Counted from the stretch's first letter, positions 41,426 through 53,331 are shown. The stretch: 64,000 bases of DNA from Diplonema japonicum (GCA_964019335.1 OZ025665.1:124001-188000), one strand, 5' to 3'. Numbers and translations are program-made. The notes: generated by a model from the letters alone, not told the origin.

Positions 41426-42775
41426 TCAAATTCTTCTCATCGAACTCGGTTTATTCGTTTTATCCCGTGCCACCTCGGGGAGGGGTGGGAATGGGGCGAT
41501 GTTGTCCCTGGAGGATTGGATGTCTCGCTGCAGCATTTCCACCTTGTTGTTGTCACCACAGTTGCGGTACCCTTGGATGAGGATGAGCTTCACGGATACA
41601 AGAGTGGTAGCAACGACGGGCATTTCCTTCACGAACGATTCTATCTTTGAGGCGTTGGAGGAAGTGCAGTAAACGGACAACATGGCGGACCACAGCTGGA
41701 CCTGGTTCGGGTCCAGTGCAACGCCTTGCTGAAAGATGCTTTCGGCATACTTTGTTACACCACCTGTCCGCACACCACTTGGTACCGCCGCACAGCATTT
41801 CAAAAGCAACACACACTGCGAAATTAAAAACGTACTCTTATGTGTCGCCTCACCACGTTCTTTGAAATCCTTCAGAACGTCGACGGCGAGGGTCAGATCC
41901 CCCACGCTGGAGCAAAGGTGCAGCATCGCGATGTGCACTGAAGGGTGCAGCCGTTCAGAAAGCGACAACGACCCGAAGTACACAGTCCGGCCAGATTCGA
42001 TGTCAGACGACTTCGCACAGATCTTCAAATACTCCGCAATGGCCCTGGGCAGACAGTTGATAGTTGTCTTTTTGTCGTTGCACATTAGCTTCACTATCTT
42101 CATCGCAGCAGGCGGGTCGCAAGCTATGCGTATTGCAGCAAGATACACGCTTTCATCTAAATGCCGTGCAGAGGAACGCACCTCATGGAACATCCTGACC
42201 CCTGCCATGTGCAGACGGGACACTTCGGTCTCGTTGCGGTTCAAAGAAAGCGAGATTGAAATGCAGCGTAAGAAGGCCACGTGGTGGCGGTGGTTCAGCG
42301 TGGTGCCCATGCTGCGCAGTTTAGCACGCAAGGTAGCCACGGAGGCCACGTCACCCAGCTCGGCATAAGCGTGCGTCAGGGCCAGGTAGCATGTTGCATC
42401 TGGTTCCTCCAATTTATTTTCCTCTGAAAATACTTTTCTGAATACCTCGATCCCCTCCCTCGGAAGTCTTATTTCCGTGTAAAATCCTAACGCAACAGTT
42501 GCACTGTACTTTCCGGGCATGCCTCTTCCCTGGGACATCAAGTACTCCCATGATTCCCTGAACTCGGATGCTGTCTTTCCTCTGTTTAGTCCTTTGCCTC
42601 TGTTCTCTAGTTTTGCCGCTTTCCTCAGTTTTTGCAGCTCCCGTGCGACGTCTGCATCCCACTCGAAGGCTTTGTTGCTTCTTGCAGCTTTGGTCTTCAA
42701 TGTTTCCCTGAACACACCCTGCGCCTGGCCCAGACTCCTGTTGTGAGTCAGAAGCGTGGCCTGTCTTCTCAACAT
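41426..42775 (-). CDS. Pentatricopeptide-repeat (PPR) protein, probably mitochondrial
   Basis: MLRR presequence; PPR-like [46 protein letters not shown]. Confidence 0.8.
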   Translation of the reverse strand: MLRRQATLLTHNRSLGQAQGVFRETLKTKAARSNKAFEWDADVARELQKLRKAAKLENRGKGLNRGKTASEFRESWEYLMSQGRGMPGKYSATVALGFYTEIRLPREGIEVFRKVFSEENKLEEPDATCYLALTHAYAELGDVASVATLRAKLRSMGTTLNHRHHVAFLRCISISLSLNRNETEVSRLHMAGVRMFHEVRSSARHLDESVYLAAIRIACDPPAAMKIVKLMCNDKKTTINCLPRAIAEYLKICAKSSDIESGRTVYFGSLSLSERLHPSVHIAMLHLCSSVGDLTLAVDVLKDFKERGEATHKSTFLISQCVLLLKCCAAVPSGVRTGGVTKYAESIFQQGVALDPNQVQLWSAMLSVYCTSSNASKIESFVKEMPVVATTLVSVKLILIQGYRNCGDNNKVEMLQRDIQSSRDNIAPFPPLPEVARDKTNKPSSMRRI

Positions 42776-43725
42776 TGTAGCATTTGCCAGAGACCACTCC
42801 CTTCACCTTTTTCTTTTTTTTTTTTGATTTATTTCCCCCCCTTTTGTTAAATTGGAGATTTGCAGTTTCAATATATCAGAGCAAACACCAAGGAGAGAAC
42901 GAGAAAAAAAAAACGAAAAAAAGGGGGTGCTCATCCTTTATATCCGCCCTCCTTCACCATTGCCCCTTTGCTTGTTGTCCTGGCGGAAGCCAGGGCTACA
43001 GTTTGACGGGTAAATGGGGGGGTCTGAAGGGAAAAGAGTGACAGAACAGGGTAGGTACAGGGTACGGGGAGAGGTAAAAAAAAAAAGTGCGTTTCTGGGA
43101 GAGAAAAAAAAGGGAGCAGAATGTGAAGTCATCCCTTGTTACCCCTCCTCGAAAGAAAAAATTAAAGTAAAAAAAAAGGAGGGAGACAAAAAAAAAAAGC
43201 AACAAGAACCAGATGTCATGGTAAAAGGGGGGGGTTTTTCACTACGGACTAGAAAATGCTAGAAACAATCCCCCCCCCCCCCCCCCCCCCCAACACAAAT
43301 TCTTTTTGAATGGAAAAACACACAATAAAAAAGTGTAAATGCTAAGCCAATAGCATACAAGATGGATACAAAACGAAAATAAAATAGATGGCGGAAACTT
43401 CTTTAAAATATATATATAAATGAGTGAAAGGAAGTCTTTGTGTAGACACCCCTTATCCCCCGGCCTCTCCCCCAGATTGACCACTTTTTCCCTTCTTTCT
43501 CTTGAGGCCGTGCTTGGTCTTTGGTGATGCAAATATCGCCCTCCTGTTCCACCTGACCACCGCCTTCGACCCCCGATGAATCGCAGTGCAGTGCAGTGCT
43601 CCAGCATGTTGGTGGCGCCGTTGTTTAAAAAAAAAAAAAAACCTTCCTTTTTTTCCTTGATGATACAATAAATATTCTTTTTTTTTCTTCTTTTTCTCTT
43701 TCTTTCTCTTCGCCGCCAGTTTCTT

Positions 43726-44753
43726 TCAAGCAGGGGTGCCCGACCTCAGACCAAGGTTCAAGAACGCGTTGTTGTCCACTTTAAGCAACATGCTGAACCT
43801 GTAAAAAAAAAAAAAAAAAGAAAGAAAATTACAAAAAACTTCTTCCCCTCCCAACCCCCATACTTTCTCTGTATGTTATACTGTATCTTGTCATAAGTCT
43901 CGATCAGTTCATTGTACTCCTGGTCTTTCTGTTTAAGGACTTCGAACGTCTCCCTTTGGTCCTCCAGCAGCTTTGGATAGTCCACAGTACCGGTGACCAC
44001 TGTCACCCTGTCATGCTCACGCGGAAGGATAGCGGACTTATTGGGGAAGTTTGGCGCTACAGGTGGATGGGTCTTCAAGGGTGACAGCCGTTTCGGCGGC
44101 GGTGTCTCTGTTTCCGCGAATGTTTGCGATAAATTGGCCCTTGGAACGTCTGTAATAGCATTGGGAGAGTTTGGCTTTGGCGCCCTCCGTTTTGTAGTTG
44201 GGACAATGGCCTTAGTACAAGTGAATGTTGAGTACACATCACGCTTTGCAGGCGGAGGTGCTTCGCCAACAAGTTGTTCTCGTTTCTTACTGGCATAGTC
44301 AAGGATGGCGCTTGGGCCCAGTCCGGGGAGGGTTTGAGGTTTTGCCGGCCCGTTGTTTAACTTGAGCTTTCTCCCTAACGCAGTTTGAAGAAATTTGTTG
44401 GCAGCTTTCTTTGCAGCCATGGCCTCCCTCATTCGGGAGGCGAAGATTGCAATGCTGTGCCCGCAGCCATCCTTCCACGACTGCCTACGTTGCAAGAAGG
44501 ACTGGAGTTCCGTGTTGTCCTGACTCAAGATGGCCATCTCGTCGCTGTTCTTCGTCAAGTAGTTCTGGTTCGACATGGCCTGCTCGTACGCTGCGGTGGC
44601 CAAACTCTTTCTCTTCACGGATGGTGACGATTGTCGCCCGGTGATGTCCTCCACGTTGTCCCACGTCACACTCTTCCTGCCCCCTTGCGTGTCATTTGCG
44701 TTTTCTCCAAAGTTGCCGAACGGATCTTCCGCCTCACTCGGATCGCTATCCAT
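43726..44753 (-). CDS. Hypothetical protein, 320 aa; exons 44753-43864, 43798-43726
   Basis: ATG 44753 (MDSDPSE). Intron 43799-43863 (GTATGG..TACAG) replaces a poly-F tail with KFSMLLKVDNNAFLNLGLRSGTPA-stop. Confidence 0.7.
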
Positions 44754-45197
44754 TCTTTTTTTTTTTCTTTTCTTCCCCCTCCCTCCTCCTTTTTTTTTCT
44801 TCTTTCCCTTCGTATTCTTTTGAGTACGAAAAAAAAAATGCAAAACAAAATTCTTTGAGAGGGGAGGGGGGAGGGGAATTTTTTAATAGCAACAGAATGG
44901 GGGGGGGGGAAATGAAAAAAAAAACCGAAAAAAAACGAGGGTAGGGGGAAAAAAAAAGGGGGGAACATTTACTCCCCGTTTTTTTTTTAAAGAAAAAAGA
45001 TGAGAAATGGGGGGGGGGGGGGAGGGGGCACGGACCCTCCTCTATTCTTTTTTTCTTCTTTTCTTTTTCCAGTCACCTTTTCAAGGTGGGAAGCTGGGGG
45101 GGGGGGGGGGGGGGGGGAGCGCTGGCACATGAAATAAGATAAAAACGGAAAGAGTATCCACCAAATAGGAGAAAAACACAAGGGGAAAAAAACACCG

Positions 45198-45542
45198 CCT
45201 CGTCTCTAAGACCCATTTTCAACCAGAAGAGAAAACTGCTATTTTCAAAAACTAGTTTGGCGCTTCATTTGTTTGTGCGCACGAGCGGAATTTTACCTAA
45301 TAAAATAACTCATTACGCTGCCAGCAACTAGTTTTTAGTCTCGACAATAATATTGTCAAAACAAAAACCAATGGCTGGAACGAGCTAAACTGTCGCAAAA
45401 TTGGCTGCAACGTCACTCTGTTTTTCTTTTATTTTTTCTTTTTTATTTCTCTTGTTTTTAAACCCTATTTTTAAGATATCCTTCGGAAATTCCCTCTAAG
45501 AGACATTCCGGACTTTGCTTGACGGGTCTTAGAGATATGAGG
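45198..45542. mobile_element. Possible MITE with 12-bp inverted repeat
   Basis: tctctaagaccc (45203-45214) and gggtcttagaga (45524-45535); no clear target duplication. Confidence 0.4.
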
Positions 45543-45543
45543 G

Positions 45544-45577
<34 letters not shown>

Positions 45578-45755
45578 GGATTCTATGGATAAAAAGAACT
45601 GAACAGTGAAGGGGATACAACTACGGAAACAAAAAAAAATCATTTATAAACCAACACAACCCACACACACACACACAGGCACGCACGCCTCATTATGTCC
45701 ATCGCAACAAAACGATGGTTTCCTCTTTTTTTTTCTCTCTTTTCTTTTTTCTTTT

Positions 45756-48700
45756 CTACAACGTGTAGCTGTGCCCAGCCTCCTCAGCATTCGAAGTCTC
45801 AAATGCAACATATGCTGAAGATGTGTGCGGGTCATGATCAAACACCCTGTTGTGGTTATCCATATAATATTGCTGCTGCTGAGGGGTCAATGTGTTCCAG
45901 TTCTCATAGTAATTCCTCAGGATAGGGTCCAAGTCCCTACGAGAAGGGTGACGGGGTGGGTTGGTTACCCGAAACTTCGGGTCCGACTTCCATGTCTCAC
46001 CGGATGGTAACTTCACAACGATCTCCTTCACCTCTTCAGGAACCATGCCTGAGGTGTAGTTAGCCGACGGTGGGATCAAAGGATGTCTGAGCTCTGCCTT
46101 AAGCTGCGTCACTCTACGCCTTGCAAGCCATGCTTTCATTAAAGCCTGAACCCGCAGTCCCGCAACACGGCGTGATAAGGAGTCGTCCTCGAGGTCCCCT
46201 GCGGTGGATCTTGCCATCCCGCCTCTCTCGTCGATTACCTTCATGAACTGTGCGTCAAGACTTTCCTCCATCTCAGGGGGCAGCGACTCGCCGTAGGCTT
46301 TTTTGAACAGTTTTAAAAATATCTCGTCCTTGTGCAGATGCCCCCTGCTGTCGTGGTGTGCGTCCAGCGACACGATGAAGTACTGCACCTTGCGCAGCGT
46401 CGCGTTGGGTGACGGGCCCAAAGGAGGGCCCACCTCGCGAAGGTAGTCTTGGAAGGTAGCCTCAGTCAGGACCTTTTGTCCATCGACATCAATGGCACGT
46501 GCGTCCCACGCAGCGTGCATCAGGTCGATGTACTCTTGTGTTACCGTCTCGCCCTCTTCCATGTCGGCAGCTTCTGAAAAATTGTCTAAAATCACCGCGA
46601 TGAACAGATTGAGAAGAACGTACATCCCTGCCATGGTATAGGAGCAGAAGTAGATGGTCGCGATGTAGGGCCTTCCACATTCGTCAAGATGCGGGTCGCA
46701 GTCGGGTTCCGTCACACGCAAGTCGGACGAGACAGCCTGCCAAGCCTCACCCGTGGACATGCGGAGGAGGAGGAGCATCGCGTTGAGGAAGTTTTCAAAG
46801 TTTGCGTACTGCCCCATGGAGTCGCCCCGCTTCACCTTCGCGAAGAGCTTCACGCCTAACGTCGCGTATACAAAGAGCAGCAGGAACAGGATGCCTGCTA
46901 CGTTGACCAGAGAAAAGATCGACAATGCCAGCGTGTTGAGGATTCGTTTGATGCCCTTTGCCTTCTTCACCATCCTCAGCAGCCTTGCGAGGCGTAGGAT
47001 ACGGAAGACGCTGACAACTGAGTCGACCTTCACAATGTACGCCATGATGAGGCCTAGAAGGCTGAGCACCACGATCAGGAAGTCGAAACGGTTCCACATT
47101 TGCGACATGTAGTTCCGCGGGCCCATTGCAAGGAGCTTCAGAATGGCTTCCAACGTGAAGATGGTGATGAAGAATATGTTCGCCACCTCAAGCATGGAGT
47201 CGTAGGCGGAGGAGGATCCGTAGTACTCCATCGCCATCACTATGATGTTGCACACGATGCACAACGAGATCAAACCGTCGAACCACCTCGCGTTGACAAA
47301 GCGCATTTGTGGGATGACGATCAGCGTGTCGGGGTCGTCGACAGTCCGCATGGCGTTGAGCATCTTGCGGTGCTGGCTGACCCATTGCTTCTGCTTCTCG
47401 TTTAGAAAAAGCTGCCCGCCACCCTTCGCAGCCTTCTCCTTCTCCTGATAATACGTATCGATAAGCACACCGATGAACATGTTGATGATAAAAAAACTGC
47501 CGAACACAATAAACGCCAAAAAGTACGCCGCCCAGAACTTGTTGTAATTCTCCCTTGGTGACTGGTCGGGCTCGACGTGGTCCATGCCGAGGTACATGAC
47601 GTTCACCCAGCCTTCCAAGGAGGCCATTTCAAACAGCGTGACCAACGCAACAGGCAGGTTGTTGAAGTGAGAGGAATAGTTCATCCACCGGCACCGTGCA
47701 ACCGGGCAGTTATTGAGACACAGCTCCTTCGACGTGATGTTGGGGTACGCAAGCTCAACGTCGCCGAAGGTTGTGTCGGAACAACGGTAAAATGCTCCTT
47801 TGAACACCTGCACACCCATAATACCGAAGATCAACCAAACGAGAAACGAGATCAACAGCACGTTCAGCAACGGCCCCACGCTGGTGAACAACGCTTGCAC
47901 GACAACCTTCATCCCGGGTGACTTATTGATAAGCCGCAGCGGGCGGAGCGTTCGCATGATTTTGATAAACGCGAAACCCTCGCTCCCAGGCAAGACTAGT
48001 GACGCAAGGCTGACGCATACAATGAAGAAGTCCAGCCTGTTCCAAATCTCTTTTCTCAGATACGACGAGCTGTGTAGGACAAAGCCGTACCCGACAGCCT
48101 TCATTATGGCTTCCAAAAGAAACACCCATATCATCACGAAGTTCGCGTCGTTGAGCAACAAGGATGTCGGGTGGTCTTCCGGCCGGCGTGGGTTCTCCAT
48201 CGCCAAGAAAATCGTCGATATCAAAATACACACAAACACAATTAATTCAAATGGCCAGCTCTCCACGATGCGGTACATCCAGTACCGAAACGAGTTCTGT
48301 TCGCTGAAAATGAACATCGACCTCTTGCTGTCTATAAAACGGTGCAAGAACACAGGCGATCTTCGTGGCTTCGGCTCCGGTTCAGGTGTTGTGAGTTGTG
48401 TTTCTGAATCTATGTCGTCCAGCTCGTCCTCGCCGCTTTCTTTCAATTCTCTGTTGTTCAACAGCACCGCGATGAACAGATTCAGCATCAGATAGTTCCC
48501 GATTATGTAGTACAAGACGAAGTACCCACAAACCCAGTCCCCGACCGCGACCATCCCGGTGTACATGACCTGGTTCCAATCCTCGCCTGTAAGGATTTGA
48601 AATGTCGTGAGGATTGCCGACCCGAGATCGTCGTAGTTCGAACGGGGCTTGCCTCCACATGACGCGCCTTTTTTGAGCATATTAGGTGTCACGAACCATG

Positions 48701-50816
48701 CTGAAGGGTCCCAGTTGTCGTCTAAAAAACAGAATTTTCCGCCGAAAATTTGCATTCCGATCAAGGCGATGATGAAGACAACCAACCCCAGCAACGCTGT
48801 GAGAATTGCCGCGCCCTTAATAGACCCAATGACGATTTGAATCCACCGTTGCAGCGTGGGGAATGCCTTCGCAAGCTTCAAAACACGTAATACGCGAAAC
48901 GTTCTGAATATCGACACATTGGCGCCTCCCCTTATGAACAGCAAGTCGATTAAAGACAGCACAACGATCAGCAGGTCGAAGGTGTTGAAACCGTCTGCAA
49001 AGTACGTCTTGACGCCGAGCCCGTACAGCTTCAAAGCCGCCTCCAGCGTGAACACAATGGTGAAGATGATGTTAAAGACATACAAGATGTCTGTCATCAA
49101 CTTCGGCTGCCCGTAGAATTCGACAGCCAGTGCAATGGTGTTTAACAGAATGGCGAGCAAAACAGATTTTCTGAACGCCCCATTGATGACAGGGATCGTT
49201 GAGTCATCGTCGATTACAAGCTGGTAGCAGAATTCTTTTGGTTTTGACCGCACTTCCGGTTCCTTTGTTGCCTTTTCAAACATTTCCTTGGACTTGGTGT
49301 AAAAAGCATGGGCCGCATCGTATCCCGGCATCTTTTTCGCAAGCTTTTGCAGATCCTCTCCTAAACCGGACATAGCGGACTTCTTGTTTATCAGCCCGGA
49401 CTGGTTCTGTGTGTATGCAAGGAACTCCCCGAGAGAGATCGTTCCCCCGCCGTCTTCATCCATCGCTTCAAATGCATCGTCGAGCTCCTCTTCGGTGATC
49501 TCGCGGTTGTAACGTTTCTTAAGAAGCAACCTGACCTCATCTCGGTCAAGCTCGCCGGTGCCGTCCTTGTCGATTGCGAAAAACGCAGCTGTTTTCTGCT
49601 CTTGTTGCTTCTTCTCAAACGCCTCAGTGATGATAACAATGGTGAGGTTCAGGACGAAGAACGACCCGAAGATGACAAGCAGCACCCAGTACAGGCTGGC
49701 AACGTACGTCGTGGCGTCCATTGTGTAGTACATGGAGTCCGTCCACCCTTCCAGGGTCAGCCCCGTGAACAAGGTCAGCCCCGTGACACCGATGTGGTTA
49801 AACGACAGCTTTCCGTTGTTCGGGTTCATCGCGAGGTCGGTGCAGTTGTAACCCCACGGGCAGCGGTGCCCGCCCCATTCCCAAAACCCGTTTTTGCAAA
49901 CCCTGTCTTCCGGTTCCAAACGCGTTGAGATGGGTGTTGTGACGTTGGCCAGATCGTCTTTAAGGCACCTGTACCCAAGCAGGCCTTTCCATTGCTGAAC
50001 GGCGATGATTCCCATAGTCAGAACGAAGAAGAAGTACAGAACAAACACGTCTAGAAGTTGTGGTAGCGATGCTAAGATAGACTGCACGAGAACCCTGACA
50101 GCGGGGAACGCCTGCACGGCTTTCAAAGGACGGAGCAACCGGAAGGCTCTGAGGCCGGTCAACGCAGCGCTGTTACCGCTTCCCATAAACAGCTCTGCTA
50201 CAAATGATGCGAGGCCGGAGATGACGATGATGAAGTCCAACACATTCCACTCGTCTTTAAGATACGCTCCGCGTCGCTTGTAAAATCCGAGCCCGGAGAT
50301 TTTCATACCGCACTCCACCGCGAAAAGAAATGAGAAGATGTTCCCCGTCACAGTTGTGAACTTGCACACCGACGAGACACAGTCCACGTCAGTTGGGTCT
50401 TCTATTGCAAGTGTTACACAGTTTAGGATAATGACGAGGAGCCAGAATCTTTCAAACCACGAGTTGTATAGTACCGTGTCCCTGCATCGGTTTCTCCATG
50501 AGGGCCATTCTGGTACGATTGGTTCCAAGGAGTCGTCACTGTCGATGGACTCGTTGTCGGTGTTTGTAGGAACAGCGTGGTCGGAGTTGTCGTCGTCCGC
50601 TTGCTGTTCCTGTACTGGTGGGCTGGCCGTGGTTATGCGGACGCTTTTTTCATGTTCCAACGGATTTTGGTTGTTTCGCAAAATGGACTTCTTCGGCGAA
50701 GGTTCCAAAGGAGAGTGCACCGACCCTTCCCAACTCCTGAAATTCGGGCTTTCAAACGCTGAACTACCCTGCCACCCTGATGCACTATAACTACCTGCTA
50801 GGCTGCCTTCATACAT
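45756..50816 (-). CDS. Four-domain voltage-gated Ca2+ channel alpha subunit (EEEE filter) with an EF-hand pair and IQ motif, 1686 aa
   Basis: Four S4 segments (RAFRLLRPLK, RTFRVLRVLK, KIMRTLRPLR, RILRLARLLR). Pore loops TLEGW, TGEDW, SLEGW, TGEAW. EF loops DKDGTGELDRDE and DEDGGGTISLGE. VQALMKAWLARRR at the C-terminus. Confidence 0.95.
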   Translation of the reverse strand: MYEGSLAGSYSASGWQGSSAFESPNFRSWEGSVHSPLEPSPKKSILRNNQNPLEHEKSVRITTASPPVQEQQADDDNSDHAVPTNTDNESIDSDDSLEPIVPEWPSWRNRCRDTVLYNSWFERFWLLVIILNCVTLAIEDPTDVDCVSSVCKFTTVTGNIFSFLFAVECGMKISGLGFYKRRGAYLKDEWNVLDFIIVISGLASFVAELFMGSGNSAALTGLRAFRLLRPLKAVQAFPAVRVLVQSILASLPQLLDVFVLYFFFVLTMGIIAVQQWKGLLGYRCLKDDLANVTTPISTRLEPEDRVCKNGFWEWGGHRCPWGYNCTDLAMNPNNGKLSFNHIGVTGLTLFTGLTLEGWTDSMYYTMDATTYVASLYWVLLVIFGSFFVLNLTIVIITEAFEKKQQEQKTAAFFAIDKDGTGELDRDEVRLLLKKRYNREITEEELDDAFEAMDEDGGGTISLGEFLAYTQNQSGLINKKSAMSGLGEDLQKLAKKMPGYDAAHAFYTKSKEMFEKATKEPEVRSKPKEFCYQLVIDDDSTIPVINGAFRKSVLLAILLNTIALAVEFYGQPKLMTDILYVFNIIFTIVFTLEAALKLYGLGVKTYFADGFNTFDLLIVVLSLIDLLFIRGGANVSIFRTFRVLRVLKLAKAFPTLQRWIQIVIGSIKGAAILTALLGLVVFIIALIGMQIFGGKFCFLDDNWDPSAWFVTPNMLKKGASCGGKPRSNYDDLGSAILTTFQILTGEDWNQVMYTGMVAVGDWVCGYFVLYYIIGNYLMLNLFIAVLLNNRELKESGEDELDDIDSETQLTTPEPEPKPRRSPVFLHRFIDSKRSMFIFSEQNSFRYWMYRIVESWPFELIVFVCILISTIFLAMENPRRPEDHPTSLLLNDANFVMIWVFLLEAIMKAVGYGFVLHSSSYLRKEIWNRLDFFIVCVSLASLVLPGSEGFAFIKIMRTLRPLRLINKSPGMKVVVQALFTSVGPLLNVLLISFLVWLIFGIMGVQVFKGAFYRCSDTTFGDVELAYPNITSKELCLNNCPVARCRWMNYSSHFNNLPVALVTLFEMASLEGWVNVMYLGMDHVEPDQSPRENYNKFWAAYFLAFIVFGSFFIINMFIGVLIDTYYQEKEKAAKGGGQLFLNEKQKQWVSQHRKMLNAMRTVDDPDTLIVIPQMRFVNARWFDGLISLCIVCNIIVMAMEYYGSSSAYDSMLEVANIFFITIFTLEAILKLLAMGPRNYMSQMWNRFDFLIVVLSLLGLIMAYIVKVDSVVSVFRILRLARLLRMVKKAKGIKRILNTLALSIFSLVNVAGILFLLLFVYATLGVKLFAKVKRGDSMGQYANFENFLNAMLLLLRMSTGEAWQAVSSDLRVTEPDCDPHLDECGRPYIATIYFCSYTMAGMYVLLNLFIAVILDNFSEAADMEEGETVTQEYIDLMHAAWDARAIDVDGQKVLTEATFQDYLREVGPPLGPSPNATLRKVQYFIVSLDAHHDSRGHLHKDEIFLKLFKKAYGESLPPEMEESLDAQFMKVIDERGGMARSTAGDLEDDSLSRRVAGLRVQALMKAWLARRRVTQLKAELRHPLIPPSANYTSGMVPEEVKEIVVKLPSGETWKSDPKFRVTNPPRHPSRRDLDPILRNYYENWNTLTPQQQQYYMDNHNRVFDHDPHTSSAYVAFETSNAEEAGHSYTL

Positions 50817-51361
50817 TTTTCATTTCAATTTTCTTTTTTCTTTTTATTCTCTTGCATCCTTTTTATTTTTTATTTTTTTCCTGAAGGGCAAAAAAAACAA
50901 AAAAACAGAAAGCTAAAAGAAACCAAGGGAAAAAAAAGGGGGGGAGAAGAAGAATAAAACCAATAAGAGAGGGGAAAAAAAAGAAGAAAGATACAAACGT
51001 AAAAAAGAGGGAGGGGGGGGGCAAAAGAAAAATGAGGTGGTAGGGTTGGTTACATCTTCCCTCTTCTCATTTTCTTTTTTTCTTCCTCCCCCTTTTCTTC
51101 TCATCTCTTTTCTTTTCGTATTTTCTTCTTCATTCCACTCCCTTAATATGGAAAAAAAAAAAAAAAAACCGATGGGGAAGGGTGCTCTTTCATTTCGTTG
51201 TTGTTGTACACTATGTCTCCTTTTTTTTTCTCTCATCTTTATCTCTATGCCACAAAATCCCCCCCCCCCCCCCTTCCTGCCTTCTTTAAAAAATCAAATA
51301 AAACCTAAACGCTATCGCTGGGAGTCCTATCAAAGACTACTGGTCTTTCACAACCTTCTTT

Positions 51362-51752
51362 TCACAAATTACGCATTGCTCTCTGGCACCTCGTAACACC
51401 TTCCGTAGCAGGCTTGGACTGGATACCAAGGGAAACTACAACCTTGTAGTCTTCCAGAGCTTTGCCCCATTTCTCCAGACCCTCGTATGCCATCCCCCTT
51501 CTGAGGAGAGCCTTAGGGTTCTTCTGGTCAATGGCCAGAGCTTCCTCGCAGTTAGCAATGACCATTTTATGACTGGAAGTTTGCGCATAGCAAGTAGCCC
51601 TGTTCATGAAATATGTGCCCCTGTCAGGGTCCGTCTCAGGGGCGAGGTCGATTGCCCTGGAGTAGAAGGCAATTGCCGTCTCGTAGTTGCCCTGCTTGAA
51701 GAAGCTGTTGCCTATTTGCTTCGCCTGTGAAATGTTTTACTGGATGGGAATG

Positions 51753-51788
<36 letters not shown>

Positions 51789-52549
51789 ATACGTCTGCGG
51801 AGGACGTGCACCTTTCGGGAGTTGACTTGTCGTTTCTCGACTTGATGGCGGTCCTCACCCTGCCGAGCCTGTCCTGAATGTCCCTGTTTTTTTATTTTTT
51901 TTTATTTTTTTTTTTTAACACGTTGTTGGCGATTTCAACAACTGACGAGGTCAGATCCCCGGAACGGCGGTGAGGGAGTCTACCAAGAAGCGAACAAGAA
52001 CCGAAGCAGTGGAAGCTGCACCGGGTTTATACTTATCATGGTTGGACTTGATTTTCATATTTTCATATCATTTTTCTTGTGTTTCTTTTGGAACTGTTGA
52101 AGTCCCACATTGAACAAGGTACTCCCGCAGGATTTAAGACGAAAAATACAGCAGAAAATAATTGATAAAAGAAAGTTCGAAGTTCTTCATACGTGTTTGC
52201 AGGCTCGTGGGTCAATGCCAACGAAAAATTCTTCTCAGCGTCATCAATGTTGCCCATCTCTTCCTGTGTAACACCTTTCCTGAAGTATCCCTTAACCCAG
52301 GTAGGGCGGAGACGGATGCAGATGTCCGCATCAGCTATCTAAAGAGAATGTGTGGAATGGGAGTCATACCGCCTCGCTGTACTTCTTCATCGCGATAAAG
52401 CTGGCCGCCCTGTTCGAGTAGATGGCCCCCGCTGCCTCGGAGTTAGGGTCCACATCGATGGCCTTTGTGTACCACTCCACCGCCTGCACGTAGTCCTTCG
52501 CTTTGAAGAATTCGTTCCCCTTGTTCTTAAACTCCGTTGCGTTGGCCAT
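51362..52549 (-). CDS. STI1-like two-TPR-domain co-chaperone, 259 aa; exons 52549-52370, 52338-52193, 51883-51793, 51724-51362
   Basis: Carboxylate-clamp TPR motifs KNKGNEFF, YSNRAA, WVKGYFRKG, KQIGNSFF, NRATCY, KALLRRG. Introns 52339-52369 (31 nt), 51884-52192 (309 nt), 51725-51792 (68 nt); 780-nt in-frame CDS. Confidence 0.9.
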
Positions 52550-52700
52550 CTTTTTTTTTTTTTTTTTTTTCGTCCTTTTTTTTTATTTTATTACTTTTTT
52601 TTCTTGTGGAAAAAAAAAAAAAAAAAAAAGAGGTAGGCACCTTTGTCGCATTTGTTCAGCAAATATTGCTTACTGTTTGCCCCCCCCCCCCCCCCCCCTA

Positions 52701-52887
52701 GGGCTATGCTGGCATGGAAACGCGTTTCCATGCATTTTTTGAAAAAAAGGGAAACGGAAACGGATACGGAAACGTTTCCTTATGTTTCCTTAAGAAGGAA
52801 GCCGTTTCCATAAGAATTTTGAAAAGTATGGAAACGGAAACGGGAACGGAAACGGAAACGTTTCCACGTTTCCTGCCAGCATAGCCC
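52701..52887. mobile_element. 187-bp MITE with 14-bp TIR and GGAAAC subterminal repeats
   Basis: TA-GGGCTATGCTGGCA ... TGCCAGCATAGCCC-TA; many GGAAAC / GTTTCC motifs inside. Confidence 0.88.
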
Positions 52888-52889
52888 TA

Positions 52890-53331
52890 GGGGGGGTCAT
52901 ATGGTCCTTAAAAAGGGCCACTTTTTGCCCTTTTTCAGGCTCTTCGCCAAGGGCATTTTGGGCCCTTAAAAAAACTGTAACCACCCCAAAAGTGCCCACA
53001 AATCACCCAAACCCCCGTTTCCCGATGGTTTCCGGCCCCAAAAGTGCCCAGAATCATGTTCTAATTTTGGGGCCCCCGTTTGGTACTTTCCCTATGTAAT
53101 CCTAGGGAACATAAAATAGGGGCCCCTAGGTTTACATAGGGAAAGTACCAAACGGGGGCCCCAAAATTAGAACATGATTCTGGGCACTTTTGGGGCCGGA
53201 AACCATCGGGAAACGGGGGTTTGGGTGATTTGTGGGCACTTTTGGGGTGGTTACAGTTTTTTTAAGGGCCCAAAATGCCCTTGGCGAAGAGCCTGAAAAA
53301 GGGCAAATAACGACCCCCTTATGACCCCCCC
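52890..53331. mobile_element. 442-bp foldback MITE (near-perfect palindrome)
   Basis: TA-GGGGGGGTCAT ... ATGACCCCCCC-TA. Arms at about 52924-53107 and 53123-53307 are nearly perfectly inverted around a spacer of about 15 nt. Confidence 0.92.

Noticed and set aside
42975-43000. CCTGGC-GGAA-GCCAGG GNRA hairpin
   Set aside because: Short, favoured on the non-transcribed strand and without further context.
43242-43607. 121-aa minus-strand ORF
   Set aside because: No recognisable motif and the second half runs into low-complexity spacer.
51920-52030. Hammerhead ribozyme (CUGACGA..GAAG), U14 snoRNA or RNase MRP identity for the intronic core
   Set aside because: Hammerhead GAAA/UH and stem I topology do not fit; the U14 rRNA-complementary domains match only loosely; too short for MRP and lacking its conserved regions. 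Kept only as an unnamed candidate.
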